Numbered from the stretch's first letter, positions 1 through 10,188 are shown. The stretch is DNA of 64,000 nt from Sedimentisphaerales bacterium (GCA_040772485.1 JAXGYC010000007.1:992001-1056000), one strand, 5' to 3'. The notes: generated from the letters alone by a model not told the origin. Numbers and translations: made by a program.

Positions 1-10
1 TCCCCCCTGG

Positions 11-3000
11 CTATGCGGCAGCAGGTTCTTCTTCGTATTCGTCGAAGCGCACGCTGATCTTCTTGCTGACGCCCTGCATCTGCATGGTCACGCCAAACAG
101 CACATCCGCGATGCTCATCGTCCGTTTGGTGTGCGTGATGACAATGAACTGGCTTTCTTTCTGGAACTCCCGCAGCAGCAGCGTGAAGCGTTCGGTGTTG
201 GCTTCGTCGAGCGCCGCGTCGACCTCGTCCAGGAAGCAGAACGGAGACGGCTTGCTGCGGAACACCGAAAACAGCAGCGCCAGAGCCGTCATGGATTTCT
301 CGCCGCCGCTCAGAAGAGAAATGCTGCGGGTTTCCTTTCCCGGAGGCTTGGCAATCACTTCGATCCCGGCTTCGAGCACGTCGTCGGCGTCCTCCAGGAC
401 GATGTCGGCCTTGCCGCCACCGAAAAGCTTGCGGAAAATCTGCTGGAAGTTCGTTCGGATCTGTTCGAAGGTCTCGACGAACTTCTCCCGGCTCTGCTTG
501 TTGAGCCGGTTGATGAGCTGCTGCAACTGCGACTTGCTCTCGTTGAGGTCCTGCACCTGGTTGGCCAGGAAGGTGTGGCGCTCTTCGAGCGTGGTCTGTT
601 CTTCAATGGCGTCGAGGTTCACGTTGCCGAGCCGCTCGATCTTGCCCCGCAGCTCGTTGATCTCGCCCTTGACCTGTTCCCAGTTCACGTCGTCGGTCGT
701 CCGCTCGGCAAACACGTCGGCCAGCTCGATCTGCAACTCCTCGCGGACGCGTTCCACGAGGTCCTGCTGGCGGACCTCCAACTGACCGATCTGGATGCGA
801 ATCTCGGCGATGACGCGTTCGGCCTCCTCCTTGTGCGCCCGGGCGGTCCGAGCCACTTCTTCGCGGCGCTTCTGCTCGGCCGCGAGGCTCTCCAGCTCTT
901 CCTGCAACTGCCGATTGCCCTGCTGTTGCGTCTCCTTCTCCACGAAGAACTCCGAGACGGCAGATTCGCATTCGAGGATGTCACGCTGCGCCTCGGCGGC
1001 CTGCTCGGCACACAGTTGCACGTCCCGCTCGGCCGCCGCGAACGTCTTGAGGTTCGTCTCGATCTGGTTCTCCAGGCTTTCGATGATCTGCTTGAGCCCC
1101 TTCTGCTGCTCCATGGCCTGGCCCAACTGGACCTTCAGCTCCGTCAGCTCCCGGACCCGGCTTTGCTGCTGCTGGCGAAGCTCATCGTACATGGTCTCGA
1201 GTTCGCGGATATGAGCGGCCCGCTGGTTGTTCACCGCCTCCAGCTCCGTCAGACGCTGCTTCGAGTCGTATTCCTTCTGCACCGACTGGGCGATCTCCTG
1301 CTCCAATGATCCCAGTTCGCTGGCGATCAGCGGCTCTTCCTCTTTCAATCGCTTGATGTCCTGCTCGAAGTGCGCCAGCTTCGAGTTCACCTGGGTCTTC
1401 TCGGTGTTGGCCTCATAGATGGCGGTGCGCAAGTCCTTGCACAACTTCTCGAGATGGGCCTTCGTCTGCGTGTTCCGCTGGATGTGTCCCTCCAACTGGG
1501 CGATCTCGGCGTTGATGTGATCGATGGTCTCCTGCAGTTGGTCGATGCGGCTGCGTCTGGAGATCAACCCCGACGCCTTGCCCAGCGGCCCGAGGCGAAG
1601 CAGTCCATCGGCACGGAGGCATTCGCCCGTCGGTGTCACAAAGGCGTAGCCGGCTTGCAGATAGCCCGAAAGCTCCGTCGCGACCTGCAGCGATTCCACC
1701 AGGATCGTCTTGCCCAGCAGCTTCCACGCCAGCGGAGCATAGCGGCTCTCATACGAGACGAACTCGACCAGTCTTCCCCGGACGCCGGGGTACTTCGAGA
1801 AATCCACGTCATCCACAAACGGTTCCACCCGGTCGAGGCAGCAGAAGTGCAACCGGCCCGCCAGCGCCGACAATGTGTCCGCATCCGCCAACAGCTTCGC
1901 GGTGTTCCTGACCAGCAGCACGTCGGTCATCCCCTCCAGCGCCGCTTCCACCGCCGTGGCGTGCTCCACATGCGTCTTGATCTTGTCGGCCAGAATCCCG
2001 TCGATGTAGTCGATCTTGCGGCTCTCATCGGCCTGGGTCTGCAGGATGCTCTTGACGGCCTGTCCCAGACCCTCATGGCGCCTCTCCATGTCGCCCAGCA
2101 CCGCCAGTTCACTGCTCAGGGCGCTGCGGGCCTCCTTGTTGCCCGCCAGTTGCCTGCCCTGCTCGACGATCTGGGTTTCCGCCTCTTCGATCTTGTGGCG
2201 CTTCGACTCCAGGTTCTCTTCGAGCTCGGTCAGCACGCGCGTGATATCGGCCAGACGGGCGTTGTGCTGCGCCTTGTCAGTCAGCAGCCGCTCGAGCTCG
2301 GCTTTGGCGGTCTGGGCCCGCCCGGCCAGCCGGTTCCGCTGGTTCGACAGGTTGTCGCGGTAGTTCGACAGACTCTGAATCTCATTGTGAAGCTGGGCGG
2401 TCCGACGCACGATATCGATGATCCCGGACTTCTCGTCGTCGAGCTCCGCTTCCAGGGACGCCAGTTGGGCATCGGCCTCTTCCGTGATCGCCTGGATCTG
2501 ATGAATTGCCTCGGTGCGCTGCCGGACGGTGTCGTCGCAGCCGGCCACCTCTTCCCGGTGACGGGCCAGATCCCGGCTGACCGCTTCAGCCTGTCCGCGA
2601 AGCCGCTCGATTTCGCTGCCGGCCGTCGCCTTTCGCCTGCCCAGTTCCTCGATGCGGGACCGCAGAAAATCGATCCGCTGGAGCTTCTGATCGATCTTGC
2701 TCTGAATGGCGACGAGCGTGTTGCCCGTCTCGCTGAGCCGGTGCTCCGTTTCGATGATGGCGTTGCCCAGCCGGCTCATCTCGGCTTCGGCCCCGGCTTC
2801 CTCGGCCGCCACGGCGGAGAACCGATCGCCCGCTTCGTTCAGGGCACGGTTCCTGTCGTCGAGCTGCTCTTTGTTGCGGCCGTACTCGACCAGCGAGTAG
2901 TTGACCTGCAACTCCTTGAGGCGCGACGTGTATTCCAGGTAGTTGCGCGCCTTGCCCGCCTGGAGCTTGACGCTCCGAAGCCGCTTGGCCACCTCCTCGA

Positions 3001-3595
3001 GAATGTCGGCCAGGCGCAACAGGTTCTGCTCGGTGCGTTCGAGCTTGCGAAGGGCCTCCTTCTTGTGCGCCTTGTACTTGCTGATGCCGGCGGCCTCTTC
3101 AAAGACGATCCGCCGGTCGGCCTTGGAGGCGCCCACCAGTTGCTCGATCTGTCCTTGTTCGATAATGGAATAGCCTCGGTTGCCGACGCCGGTGTCCATG
3201 AACAGCTCGCGGACGTCCTTGAGCCGGCAGACCTTGTTGTTGATCCGATACTCGCTCTCGCCGCTGCGATAGATCCGCCTGGACACCTGGACCTGTTCGG
3301 TGTCGATCGGCAACCGTCCGCTGGCGGCCCCGCCGGGGTTGGAGATCACCAGAACCACTTCGGCCGAACCGGACGCCTTCCGGCTGCCACTGCCGCTGAA
3401 GATCACGTCGGCCATCTGGTCGCTTCGCAGGCTCTTGAGCTTCTGCTCGCCCAGCACCCACTTGACCGCATCGACCACGTTGCTCTTGCCGCACCCGTTA
3501 GGTCCGACAATACCGATGATAGAAGCATCGAAATTGAACTCCGTGCGATCGGCAAAGCTCTTGAATCCGTCCAGTATGATCTTCTCAAGTCGCAT
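11..3595 (-). CDS. smc: Chromosome segregation protein SMC
   Basis: Walker A GPNGCGKSN, long coiled coils with a central hinge, signature LSGGEKS and Walker B/D-loop FLDEVDAALD; 1194 aa. Confidence 0.97.
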   Translation of the reverse strand: MRLEKIILDGFKSFADRTEFNFDASIIGIVGPNGCGKSNVVDAVKWVLGEQKLKSLRSDQMADVIFSGSGSRKASGSAEVVLVISNPGGAASGRLPIDTEQVQVSRRIYRSGESEYRINNKVCRLKDVRELFMDTGVGNRGYSIIEQGQIEQLVGASKADRRIVFEEAAGISKYKAHKKEALRKLERTEQNLLRLADILEEVAKRLRSVKLQAGKARNYLEYTSRLKELQVNYSLVEYGRNKEQLDDRNRALNEAGDRFSAVAAEEAGAEAEMSRLGNAIIETEHRLSETGNTLVAIQSKIDQKLQRIDFLRSRIEELGRRKATAGSEIERLRGQAEAVSRDLARHREEVAGCDDTVRQRTEAIHQIQAITEEADAQLASLEAELDDEKSGIIDIVRRTAQLHNEIQSLSNYRDNLSNQRNRLAGRAQTAKAELERLLTDKAQHNARLADITRVLTELEENLESKRHKIEEAETQIVEQGRQLAGNKEARSALSSELAVLGDMERRHEGLGQAVKSILQTQADESRKIDYIDGILADKIKTHVEHATAVEAALEGMTDVLLVRNTAKLLADADTLSALAGRLHFCCLDRVEPFVDDVDFSKYPGVRGRLVEFVSYESRYAPLAWKLLGKTILVESLQVATELSGYLQAGYAFVTPTGECLRADGLLRLGPLGKASGLISRRSRIDQLQETIDHINAEIAQLEGHIQRNTQTKAHLEKLCKDLRTAIYEANTEKTQVNSKLAHFEQDIKRLKEEEPLIASELGSLEQEIAQSVQKEYDSKQRLTELEAVNNQRAAHIRELETMYDELRQQQQSRVRELTELKVQLGQAMEQQKGLKQIIESLENQIETNLKTFAAAERDVQLCAEQAAEAQRDILECESAVSEFFVEKETQQQGNRQLQEELESLAAEQKRREEVARTARAHKEEAERVIAEIRIQIGQLEVRQQDLVERVREELQIELADVFAERTTDDVNWEQVKGEINELRGKIERLGNVNLDAIEEQTTLEERHTFLANQVQDLNESKSQLQQLINRLNKQSREKFVETFEQIRTNFQQIFRKLFGGGKADIVLEDADDVLEAGIEVIAKPPGKETRSISLLSGGEKSMTALALLFSVFRSKPSPFCFLDEVDAALDEANTERFTLLLREFQKESQFIVITHTKRTMSIADVLFGVTMQMQGVSKKISVRFDEYEEEPAAA

Positions 3596-3703
3596 ATTCC
3601 ATCCGGTTCTGACTGTTCTTCCGCGAAGACACCCACCCCGAGTCCGGGCGATTATCGGACAACACGCCTTGGTGTTATCGGCCTGACGCAGGCCATTCCT
3701 TGA

Positions 3704-5314
3704 CTATTCGGCGATTTTTGGCAGGGGACCGGCCCAAAACTCCGCGCTGACCGCACCCTTGGCGGCCAACTGCTCCAGGACCGCCACCACATCCGCGTAC
3801 GGCACGCCCAGGCCGGAAACGTCTGCGGCGTCTGCGCGAGACCGCTCCGCCCCGAGCGCGCGGACGATCTCGCTGACCGAAAAACTGGTCCGGACCGGAC
3901 CGAGCACCCCAGGGCCTGTCGGGTTCTTCCGTGTCAGCGACACGTGGTCCTGGCCGGCGCGGGAATTGACAGTGACCGTCTCATTGGCCGCCTCCGCAAA
4001 GATGTTGTCGCGACAGGTCAGCGGGGCGCCGAAGAGCACGACCCGCGGCTGACCGCTCCGTGAGACAAAAATCGCCTTGCGGTCGGTCTGGACAACGTGT
4101 TCGAGGTGGAAACTACGTCCGACCAATTCCCGACTCACGGCGGCATCCTCCATGTTTCGCAGCGCCTCATAGGCCGCCAGAATCATGCGCGCGTCTTTGT
4201 CACGCAGCAGCCGACGGGCCAGCGAGATGGCGTCGTTTCGGCGGGCCGAGACCACCATAGCCTCCAGCGCCTCGCCTCGCAAGGGCGATGCCTCGTCCAA
4301 GGCAACGGTCCTCAGGGCCTCAATCGCCCCATCGTCGCGCAGGTTCAAAGCACATCGAGCCGCTCGCAGTCGAACCTCCTGGTCAGGGGCATTCCACAGG
4401 GGCCGCAGGCTCGCCAGGCTCTCGCGTCCAATGGCCTCCAGGGCGATCTCGCAACTCTCCCCGGCCTGAGACTCCGCGAGCCCCCTGGTCAGCGTCTCGA
4501 TCCGAGCCGCCTTCAACTCCGGCGTCTCGTCCAGGAAGGTGGCGGCCAGTATCGAGACGAAGCGCATCTTCCGCCTGCGGTAGTCCGGCGGAATGACGAA
4601 CTCCACGTCGCGGGGCGACACGGCGCGTGCGGTATCCATCCCGTATCGCTCGTTGAGGCGATTCCGGATGGCGCTGGCCCTGGCAAAATCGGCCCGGCGC
4701 AGCCGGAGATTTCCCACATAGTCGTATTGAGCGATCCCGCCGCCGAGGACGTAACCGGTTGTCGGGTCCGGCTCGGCCACGGCGATCGTGTTGATGAACA
4801 CGGGTCCTTCCACCACTGCCAGCGTCCTGGCGGCCGGGCCGAACGTTCCGGCCAGCTTGAGATCCGCCTTGTACAGCCAGCCTCCGTGCAGCGAGGTGGT
4901 GTCGGAGCCGGCCACGGGAGTGACCTTCACGTCCAGACGGTCCCCTCGCGACGCCGCAGCGGGAACGATGCCTTCCAGTCGCACGACCGCCGTGGTCTTG
5001 CTGTTGATCAGATTGTCGGGAGCCACCGAACCGCCCGGCACCTGGGCCAGGATGAACTGCTTGAGGTAAGCGCGAATATTGGGTGGACAGGACGCCGAAC
5101 CGGTGCCCGCAAGCCCTCCGACGAGCCCGTACCCTTCCACCTGCAACGGTTCCGGTCTGGCGGCATCGGCGACCGAACCAACGGTCAGACCCAGTTCCTT
5201 GCCGATCACCGGATCCGTCGCGGCGGACTTGTCGTTTGGCCCGCAGCCGATCAGCATCATCGGCACAAGCAGGAGCCCCGCTCCGAATGCGATACGTCCC
5301 TGAGATGTCTTCAT
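3704..5314 (-). CDS. FlgI (P-ring)-like lipoprotein with HEAT-like repeats
   Basis: Lipobox-like LIGC after a hydrophobic stretch; FlgI-like motifs GYGLVGGLAGTG, TAVV, SLHGGWL; HEAT-like segments EVRLRAARCAL and LRGEALEAM. Confidence 0.7.
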   Translation of the reverse strand: MKTSQGRIAFGAGLLLVPMMLIGCGPNDKSAATDPVIGKELGLTVGSVADAARPEPLQVEGYGLVGGLAGTGSASCPPNIRAYLKQFILAQVPGGSVAPDNLINSKTTAVVRLEGIVPAAASRGDRLDVKVTPVAGSDTTSLHGGWLYKADLKLAGTFGPAARTLAVVEGPVFINTIAVAEPDPTTGYVLGGGIAQYDYVGNLRLRRADFARASAIRNRLNERYGMDTARAVSPRDVEFVIPPDYRRRKMRFVSILAATFLDETPELKAARIETLTRGLAESQAGESCEIALEAIGRESLASLRPLWNAPDQEVRLRAARCALNLRDDGAIEALRTVALDEASPLRGEALEAMVVSARRNDAISLARRLLRDKDARMILAAYEALRNMEDAAVSRELVGRSFHLEHVVQTDRKAIFVSRSGQPRVVLFGAPLTCRDNIFAEAANETVTVNSRAGQDHVSLTRKNPTGPGVLGPVRTSFSVSEIVRALGAERSRADAADVSGLGVPYADVVAVLEQLAAKGAVSAEFWAGPLPKIAE

Positions 5315-5368
5315 GTCGGCTGAGTTCCCATTGTAAGATGCGAAATCGACGCAAATTGCACGAGGCTG

Positions 5369-5397
5369 ATACTATGGTCAGGGCGGACAGGCGTCAA
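5369..5397 (-). promoter_or_regulatory. sigma70-type promoter for the FlgI-like gene
   Basis: TTGACG-N17-TAGTAT on the minus strand. Confidence 0.5.
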
Positions 5398-5481
5398 GTC
5401 TATTCGCTGATCTCGCACGCGCCAAAGGGGGGCACTCCAGCGCACTGCGTCGCGGAATGCCGCTCTTTCGAGGCCCTCGTG

Positions 5482-5490
5482 TGATATAAT
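5482..5490 (+). promoter_or_regulatory. Extended -10 promoter
   Basis: TGaTATAAT about 65 bp upstream of the CDS at 5556. Confidence 0.5.
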
Positions 5491-5555
5491 AGGGTTATTG
5501 ATACAGCCGCAGTCGGGGTTCCGAATCGGCCCCGGCATGTTAAGGATGGGACTCG

Positions 5556-7511
5556 GTGATGAAACAGGGAATGGTCGCAATGGGGCTCGCAGTAGCTGCC
5601 GGCGTCCTGCTGGGCGCCGCTGTTGTCGTCCACGCACAGCCTTCCCTCTCGCCCGCTTGCGGGACGCTCACGGTCCAGGACCGAGCGGCCTTTGAGTTCT
5701 ACGCAAATCGCGAGAACTTCCCGGGGGCAATGCAGGTCCTGGAGGTGAAGTTCCTCATCACGGACGTCGATACCCTCAGCCCGCAGTTGTACTTCCAGAA
5801 CAGCAAGGCCTACCCATATCATTACTATTTTGCGGTTGAGTGTCTGGGCTGGACGATCGATCTGGAGACCTTCAACCGTCAGACCTATTTCTCCGAGCAT
5901 CGCAAGAACCTGGCCGGAAGCATCATCGCCCACGACCACTATGCGCCCGATGATACCACGCAGGGCATCTACACGATGGAGTTCTGGCCCACGGACCCGG
6001 TGGCATTCGAGTTCGTTGAACTGGCATTCGATCTGATCGGCCGCCAAATGTCCTTTGCCAGAGACAAGCTCCACTACCACGCCGCCGGAGAGACCCAGCG
6101 TGCGTTGTACCAGAGCGAAGAGGATTTGTATCAGGCCTCTTCCGTCGCCGTCATCCAGACCGAAGAGCTATTCGCCGGCGTCAGCTACGCCGCGCTGACA
6201 ACCGGGCAGGCCTACGGACGCCTGAGAGTCATCAATGGTCCTGAAACGGTTTCGGCTCGCGACATTGTAGTCTACCGCACGATCCCCAACACGCTTTCTC
6301 ACGTGGCCGGCATTATAACCGAGATCCCCCAGACACCTCTGTCGCACATCAATGTGAAGGCCAAGCAGAACAACACCCCCAACGCCTACATCCGTGACGC
6401 TGCCACCCGGCCGGATATCCTGGCCTTGGCGGATCGGTACGTTCATTTCGTGGCGGCCCCGGATGGATACACACTGCGCGAGGCCTCGCTGGAGGAGGTC
6501 GAAGCCTTCCTGGAATCGATCCGGCCCGCCAACGCCCAGACGCCGCCGCGGGACCTGGGTGTCACGCAGATTGCCCCGTTGGCCCAGATCGGCTTCGCCG
6601 ATTCCAACAGCTTCGGCGCCAAGGCCGCCAACGTGGCCCAGTTGGGCAAGTTCCTGCCCTCGCGCATGGTTCCCGACGGGTTCGCTGTCCCCTTCTACTT
6701 CTACGACGAGTTCATGAAGTTCAATGGGTTCTATGAGAGAGCGACCGCCATGATGGAGGATCCGGACTTCCAGCGCGACCCGGAGGTTCGCGTCGCCCGG
6801 CTCGCAGCCTTCCAGCGGAGGCTCCGCGACGGCGATGTGCCGGCGTGGATGCTCGACGCCCTCGATGCGATGCACCGGTCCTTCGCGCCCGGGACATCGT
6901 TACGCTGCCGCTCCAGCACGAACAACGAAGACCTGCCCGATTTCAACGGCGCCGGGCTCTATGAATCCTATACGCACCACCCGGACGAAGGGCATATCGC
7001 CAAGAGCATCCGGCAGGTCTGGGCCAGTCTCTGGACGTATCGGGCGTTCGAGGAGCGAGACTTTCACCGTATCGACCACCTCCAGGCCGCCATGGGCGTG
7101 CTCGTCCATCCCAACTACGAAGAGGAGCAGGCCAATGGGGTCGCCGTGACCAAGAACATCTACGACGCCAACTGGCGAGGCTACTATGTCAACGTCCAGG
7201 TGGGCGAGGACCTGGTGACCAATCCGCCGGCCAATTCCATCCCAGACGAGTTTCTCGTCGCCGATCTGGCGGGTCTGGAGCGGTACGAGATTCAGTACAT
7301 ACGCCGTTCCAACCTTGTCCCGGACGGTGGTCCCATCCTTACGAAGGAACAGGTTTTTGAACTGGCGGACGTGATGAGGCTCATCAACATTCACTTCCGC
7401 ACTCTCTACAAGGTACACCCGGCCAGTATTCACTTCGCCATGGACATCGAGTTCAAGGTCACGGCCGACGGCCGACTGAATGTCAAGCAGGCCCGGCCGT
7501 GGATCGACTGA
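5556..7511 (+). CDS. PEP/pyruvate-binding (PPDK_N) dikinase-like protein with signal peptide
   Basis: N-terminal hydrophobic signal ending VHA-Q; phospho-His-like QTPLSHINVKAK; ATP-grasp motifs GAKAAN, RSSTNNEDLPDFNGAGLY, MDIEFK, KQARP. Confidence 0.8.
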   Translation: MMKQGMVAMGLAVAAGVLLGAAVVVHAQPSLSPACGTLTVQDRAAFEFYANRENFPGAMQVLEVKFLITDVDTLSPQLYFQNSKAYPYHYYFAVECLGWTIDLETFNRQTYFSEHRKNLAGSIIAHDHYAPDDTTQGIYTMEFWPTDPVAFEFVELAFDLIGRQMSFARDKLHYHAAGETQRALYQSEEDLYQASSVAVIQTEELFAGVSYAALTTGQAYGRLRVINGPETVSARDIVVYRTIPNTLSHVAGIITEIPQTPLSHINVKAKQNNTPNAYIRDAATRPDILALADRYVHFVAAPDGYTLREASLEEVEAFLESIRPANAQTPPRDLGVTQIAPLAQIGFADSNSFGAKAANVAQLGKFLPSRMVPDGFAVPFYFYDEFMKFNGFYERATAMMEDPDFQRDPEVRVARLAAFQRRLRDGDVPAWMLDALDAMHRSFAPGTSLRCRSSTNNEDLPDFNGAGLYESYTHHPDEGHIAKSIRQVWASLWTYRAFEERDFHRIDHLQAAMGVLVHPNYEEEQANGVAVTKNIYDANWRGYYVNVQVGEDLVTNPPANSIPDEFLVADLAGLERYEIQYIRRSNLVPDGGPILTKEQVFELADVMRLINIHFRTLYKVHPASIHFAMDIEFKVTADGRLNVKQARPWID

Positions 7512-7718
7512 TCCCCTCCTTCACGCCGCGCCTCTGGTCGGAGCGTTCCGGAAAGGTGCGTCCCACCGTCGCCCCGTTCGCAGGGGGCATTGTAACTCGA
7601 GGTTTTCCGGGCCGGAGGCTGATTTTCTGCTTGTTCGGCCCCCGCCGATGCGGTCTAATACCTCCCTCGGAGGTGTGGGAGAAAGACAACAACGGACACA
7701 GATTTGAGGTGACGAAAG

Positions 7719-8345
7719 ATGGCAGATCTGAAAGCGTTGGCCGAAGCAGTCATCAAGGGTAACCAGACGACCGCCGTGAGCGTGACCAAGGCGGCGCTGA
7801 GCGAAGGGATGGCCCCCAAGAGCATCCTCGACGAAGGGTTGATCGCCGGCATGGACGTCATCGGAGGCCGCTTCAAGAGGAACGAGGTCTATATCCCCGA
7901 GGTGCTGATTGCCGCCCGGGCGATGAAGATGGCCATGGAGGTGCTCGAGCCGGAGCTGACCAAGGCCGGCGTGCAGCCGATCGGCAAGCTGGTCATCGGC
8001 ACCGTTCAGGGCGACCTGCACGACATCGGGAAGAACCTGGTGGCCATGATGCTCAAGGGCGCCGGCTTCGAGGTGATCGATCTGGGAGTCGACGTCGCGC
8101 CCGCGAAGTTCGTGGAAGAGGCCAAGGCGAAGAATGTCCAGCTTGTGGGCATGAGCGCTCTGTTGACAACGACCATGCCGGGGATGGAGAAGACGATCAA
8201 GGCGTTGAAGGAAGCGGGTGTCAAAGCCAAGATCATGGTGGGCGGCGCGCCGGTGACGCAGAGCTTCGCCGAGAAGATCGGCGCCCAGGGCTACGCCCCG
8301 GACGCGGCCTCGGCGGTCGACACCGCCAAGCGCCTGGTTGCCTGA
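7719..8345 (+). CDS. Cobalamin-binding corrinoid protein (MtbC/MttC-like)
   Basis: Cap domain plus B12-binding GDLHDIGKNLV, MSALLTTTM and MVGGAP motifs. Confidence 0.93.
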   Translation: MADLKALAEAVIKGNQTTAVSVTKAALSEGMAPKSILDEGLIAGMDVIGGRFKRNEVYIPEVLIAARAMKMAMEVLEPELTKAGVQPIGKLVIGTVQGDLHDIGKNLVAMMLKGAGFEVIDLGVDVAPAKFVEEAKAKNVQLVGMSALLTTTMPGMEKTIKALKEAGVKAKIMVGGAPVTQSFAEKIGAQGYAPDAASAVDTAKRLVA

Positions 8346-8475
8346 CGCACCCGGCCAAGGCCCGCCGAGACAGACCGGGCCGGATGCGACAGCACGACGA
8401 GCTTTCCAGGGACAGGGCAATTCGCTCTGTCCTTTTCTTTTGGCCCCAGGGAAAGTAGAATAGACACTTGGTCAA

Positions 8476-10188
8476 ATGGAACAGGAAAGACCGACAGTGC
8501 GAAGCATCAAGAATCCCAACCTAGCCCAGTTGCTGATGCAGCTTCGGTTCACGCCGCAGGACAAGCAGCGAAGTGAACTCGAAGCCGCCGAGAAGCTCTA
8601 TGCGCTGATCGACGAGACGAAGCAATACCCATTCGATTTCGTCTCCTTTCACATCACCGGTTTCCATCCCCAGAGCGATATCGACCATCCGCTCATCGAG
8701 GGCAGGGAACTGCGTCAGGACCTCGAGCTGTTCATCGCCAGGCTCAGCAGCAAACTCGTCACGCCGGCCCGCGAGCAAAGCGAGAAGGTCTACAGCGCCG
8801 AAATGCTGGCCGAGCGATTCAACGTCTCGATGAAGACCATCGCCCGGTGGCGGCGACGCGGTCTGCTGGCGCGCAAGTTTGTCTTCGACGACGGTGGCCA
8901 CCGCTTCGGCTTCCTCGAATCCACAGTTGAACGGTTCGTACACAACCATCCCAGACTTGTCGCCCAGGCCGGCCGCTTCCGCAGATTGACCGCGAAGGAA
9001 CGCCAGCAAGTGGTTCGCCAGGCCCGCAGTCTGGCGGCCAAGACCTCGCTGTCGCGGCATCAGATCATTGAGGACATCTGCGGCAAGCTGGGCATCGCTC
9101 ACGAGACCGCACGCTACACGCTTGCGGAATACGAGAAGCAGCATCCCGACCGCCCCGTTTTTCGGCGGCCGTCGGGCCGGATGAGACCGACCGAAGCGGC
9201 CGAATTGTATCGCCTCCACAAGCAGGGAATCGGCGTTCGGCAACTGATGGCCCGGTTCGACCGCAGCCGTGCGACCATCTATCGGATCGTCAACCAGCGG
9301 AGGGCCATGACCCTGCTGGCCCGCAAGATCGAGTTCGTTTCCAGCGAGGAGTTTCTCCGAGAAGACGCCCGCAGACATATCCTGGGCTCGCCCCTGAAGA
9401 GGGACAAGCCGGAACCCGGGAAGCGGGTCGAACCGTTTGAAATGGTGGGCGAGAGCCTCCTCCCGGAGTACCTGCAGGTCCTCGCGACCACCGCCGTACT
9501 GAGTCGCGACGAGGAGATCGAGCTGTTTCGCCGCTACAACTTCCTCAAGTATCTCGTGGCAACCGAACGGCACCGGATTCGACTGACAGCCGTCTCGGCC
9601 ACGCTGCTGGCCCAACTCGAAGGTTATCTCGAACAGGCCGAGAACATCCGTCGCGCGCTGATCGAAGCGAATCTGCGTCTGGTCGTCAGCATCGCCAGCA
9701 AGCACACCGGCGACGGCGCCAACTTCTCCGAGCTGGTCAGCAAGGGCAATTTCGCCCTGATCCAGGCCGTCGAGGAGTATGACTACACCAAGGGCTTTCG
9801 CTTCAGCCGGCGCGCGTCGCTCAACATCGCCAAGGAATACGCGAAAGTCTCCGGCCGAAGCACCGAGCTGACCCGCCGGCGGGCCGAATCGCTGGCGACG
9901 ATCCGGCGCGGCTTGCAGGAGACCGCTGCCGACGTGCTCGCCATCGAACGGACCCGGCAGAGCCTGGCCGAAGTCATCCGCGAGGAACTGGACGAACGCG
10001 AGCAGTACGTGATCCTGCATCATTTCGGACTGGTCGGCACGTCGGTGCGGAAAGAGACCAAGACCCTCAAACAGATCGGTGACGAACTGGGCCTGACCAA
10101 AGAGCGTATCCGGCAGATCGAACTGACGGCGCTGCAGAAACTGCGACAGTGCCTCAGCAAAGAGCAGTTCGAATTGCTGACGGGCTGA
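8476..10188 (+). CDS. sigma70-family factor with multiple N-terminal HTH domains
   Basis: Region 2 LIEANLRLVVSIA; region 4 TLKQIGDELGLTKERIRQIE; MerR-like HTH LAERFNVSMKTIARWRRRGL. Confidence 0.85.
   Translation: MEQERPTVRSIKNPNLAQLLMQLRFTPQDKQRSELEAAEKLYALIDETKQYPFDFVSFHITGFHPQSDIDHPLIEGRELRQDLELFIARLSSKLVTPAREQSEKVYSAEMLAERFNVSMKTIARWRRRGLLARKFVFDDGGHRFGFLESTVERFVHNHPRLVAQAGRFRRLTAKERQQVVRQARSLAAKTSLSRHQIIEDICGKLGIAHETARYTLAEYEKQHPDRPVFRRPSGRMRPTEAAELYRLHKQGIGVRQLMARFDRSRATIYRIVNQRRAMTLLARKIEFVSSEEFLREDARRHILGSPLKRDKPEPGKRVEPFEMVGESLLPEYLQVLATTAVLSRDEEIELFRRYNFLKYLVATERHRIRLTAVSATLLAQLEGYLEQAENIRRALIEANLRLVVSIASKHTGDGANFSELVSKGNFALIQAVEEYDYTKGFRFSRRASLNIAKEYAKVSGRSTELTRRRAESLATIRRGLQETAADVLAIERTRQSLAEVIREELDEREQYVILHHFGLVGTSVRKETKTLKQIGDELGLTKERIRQIELTALQKLRQCLSKEQFELLTG

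Noticed and set aside
1370..3703. 777-aa plus-strand ORF and many other long antisense ORFs (e.g. 18553-20592, 35258-37234, 38527-40401)
   Set aside because: They lie antisense to clearly recognisable genes, have no motifs, and are expected from high-GC codon bias
7512..7718. Riboswitch ahead of the corrinoid protein
   Set aside because: GC-rich hairpins only; no B12 box or SAM/THF consensus recognised
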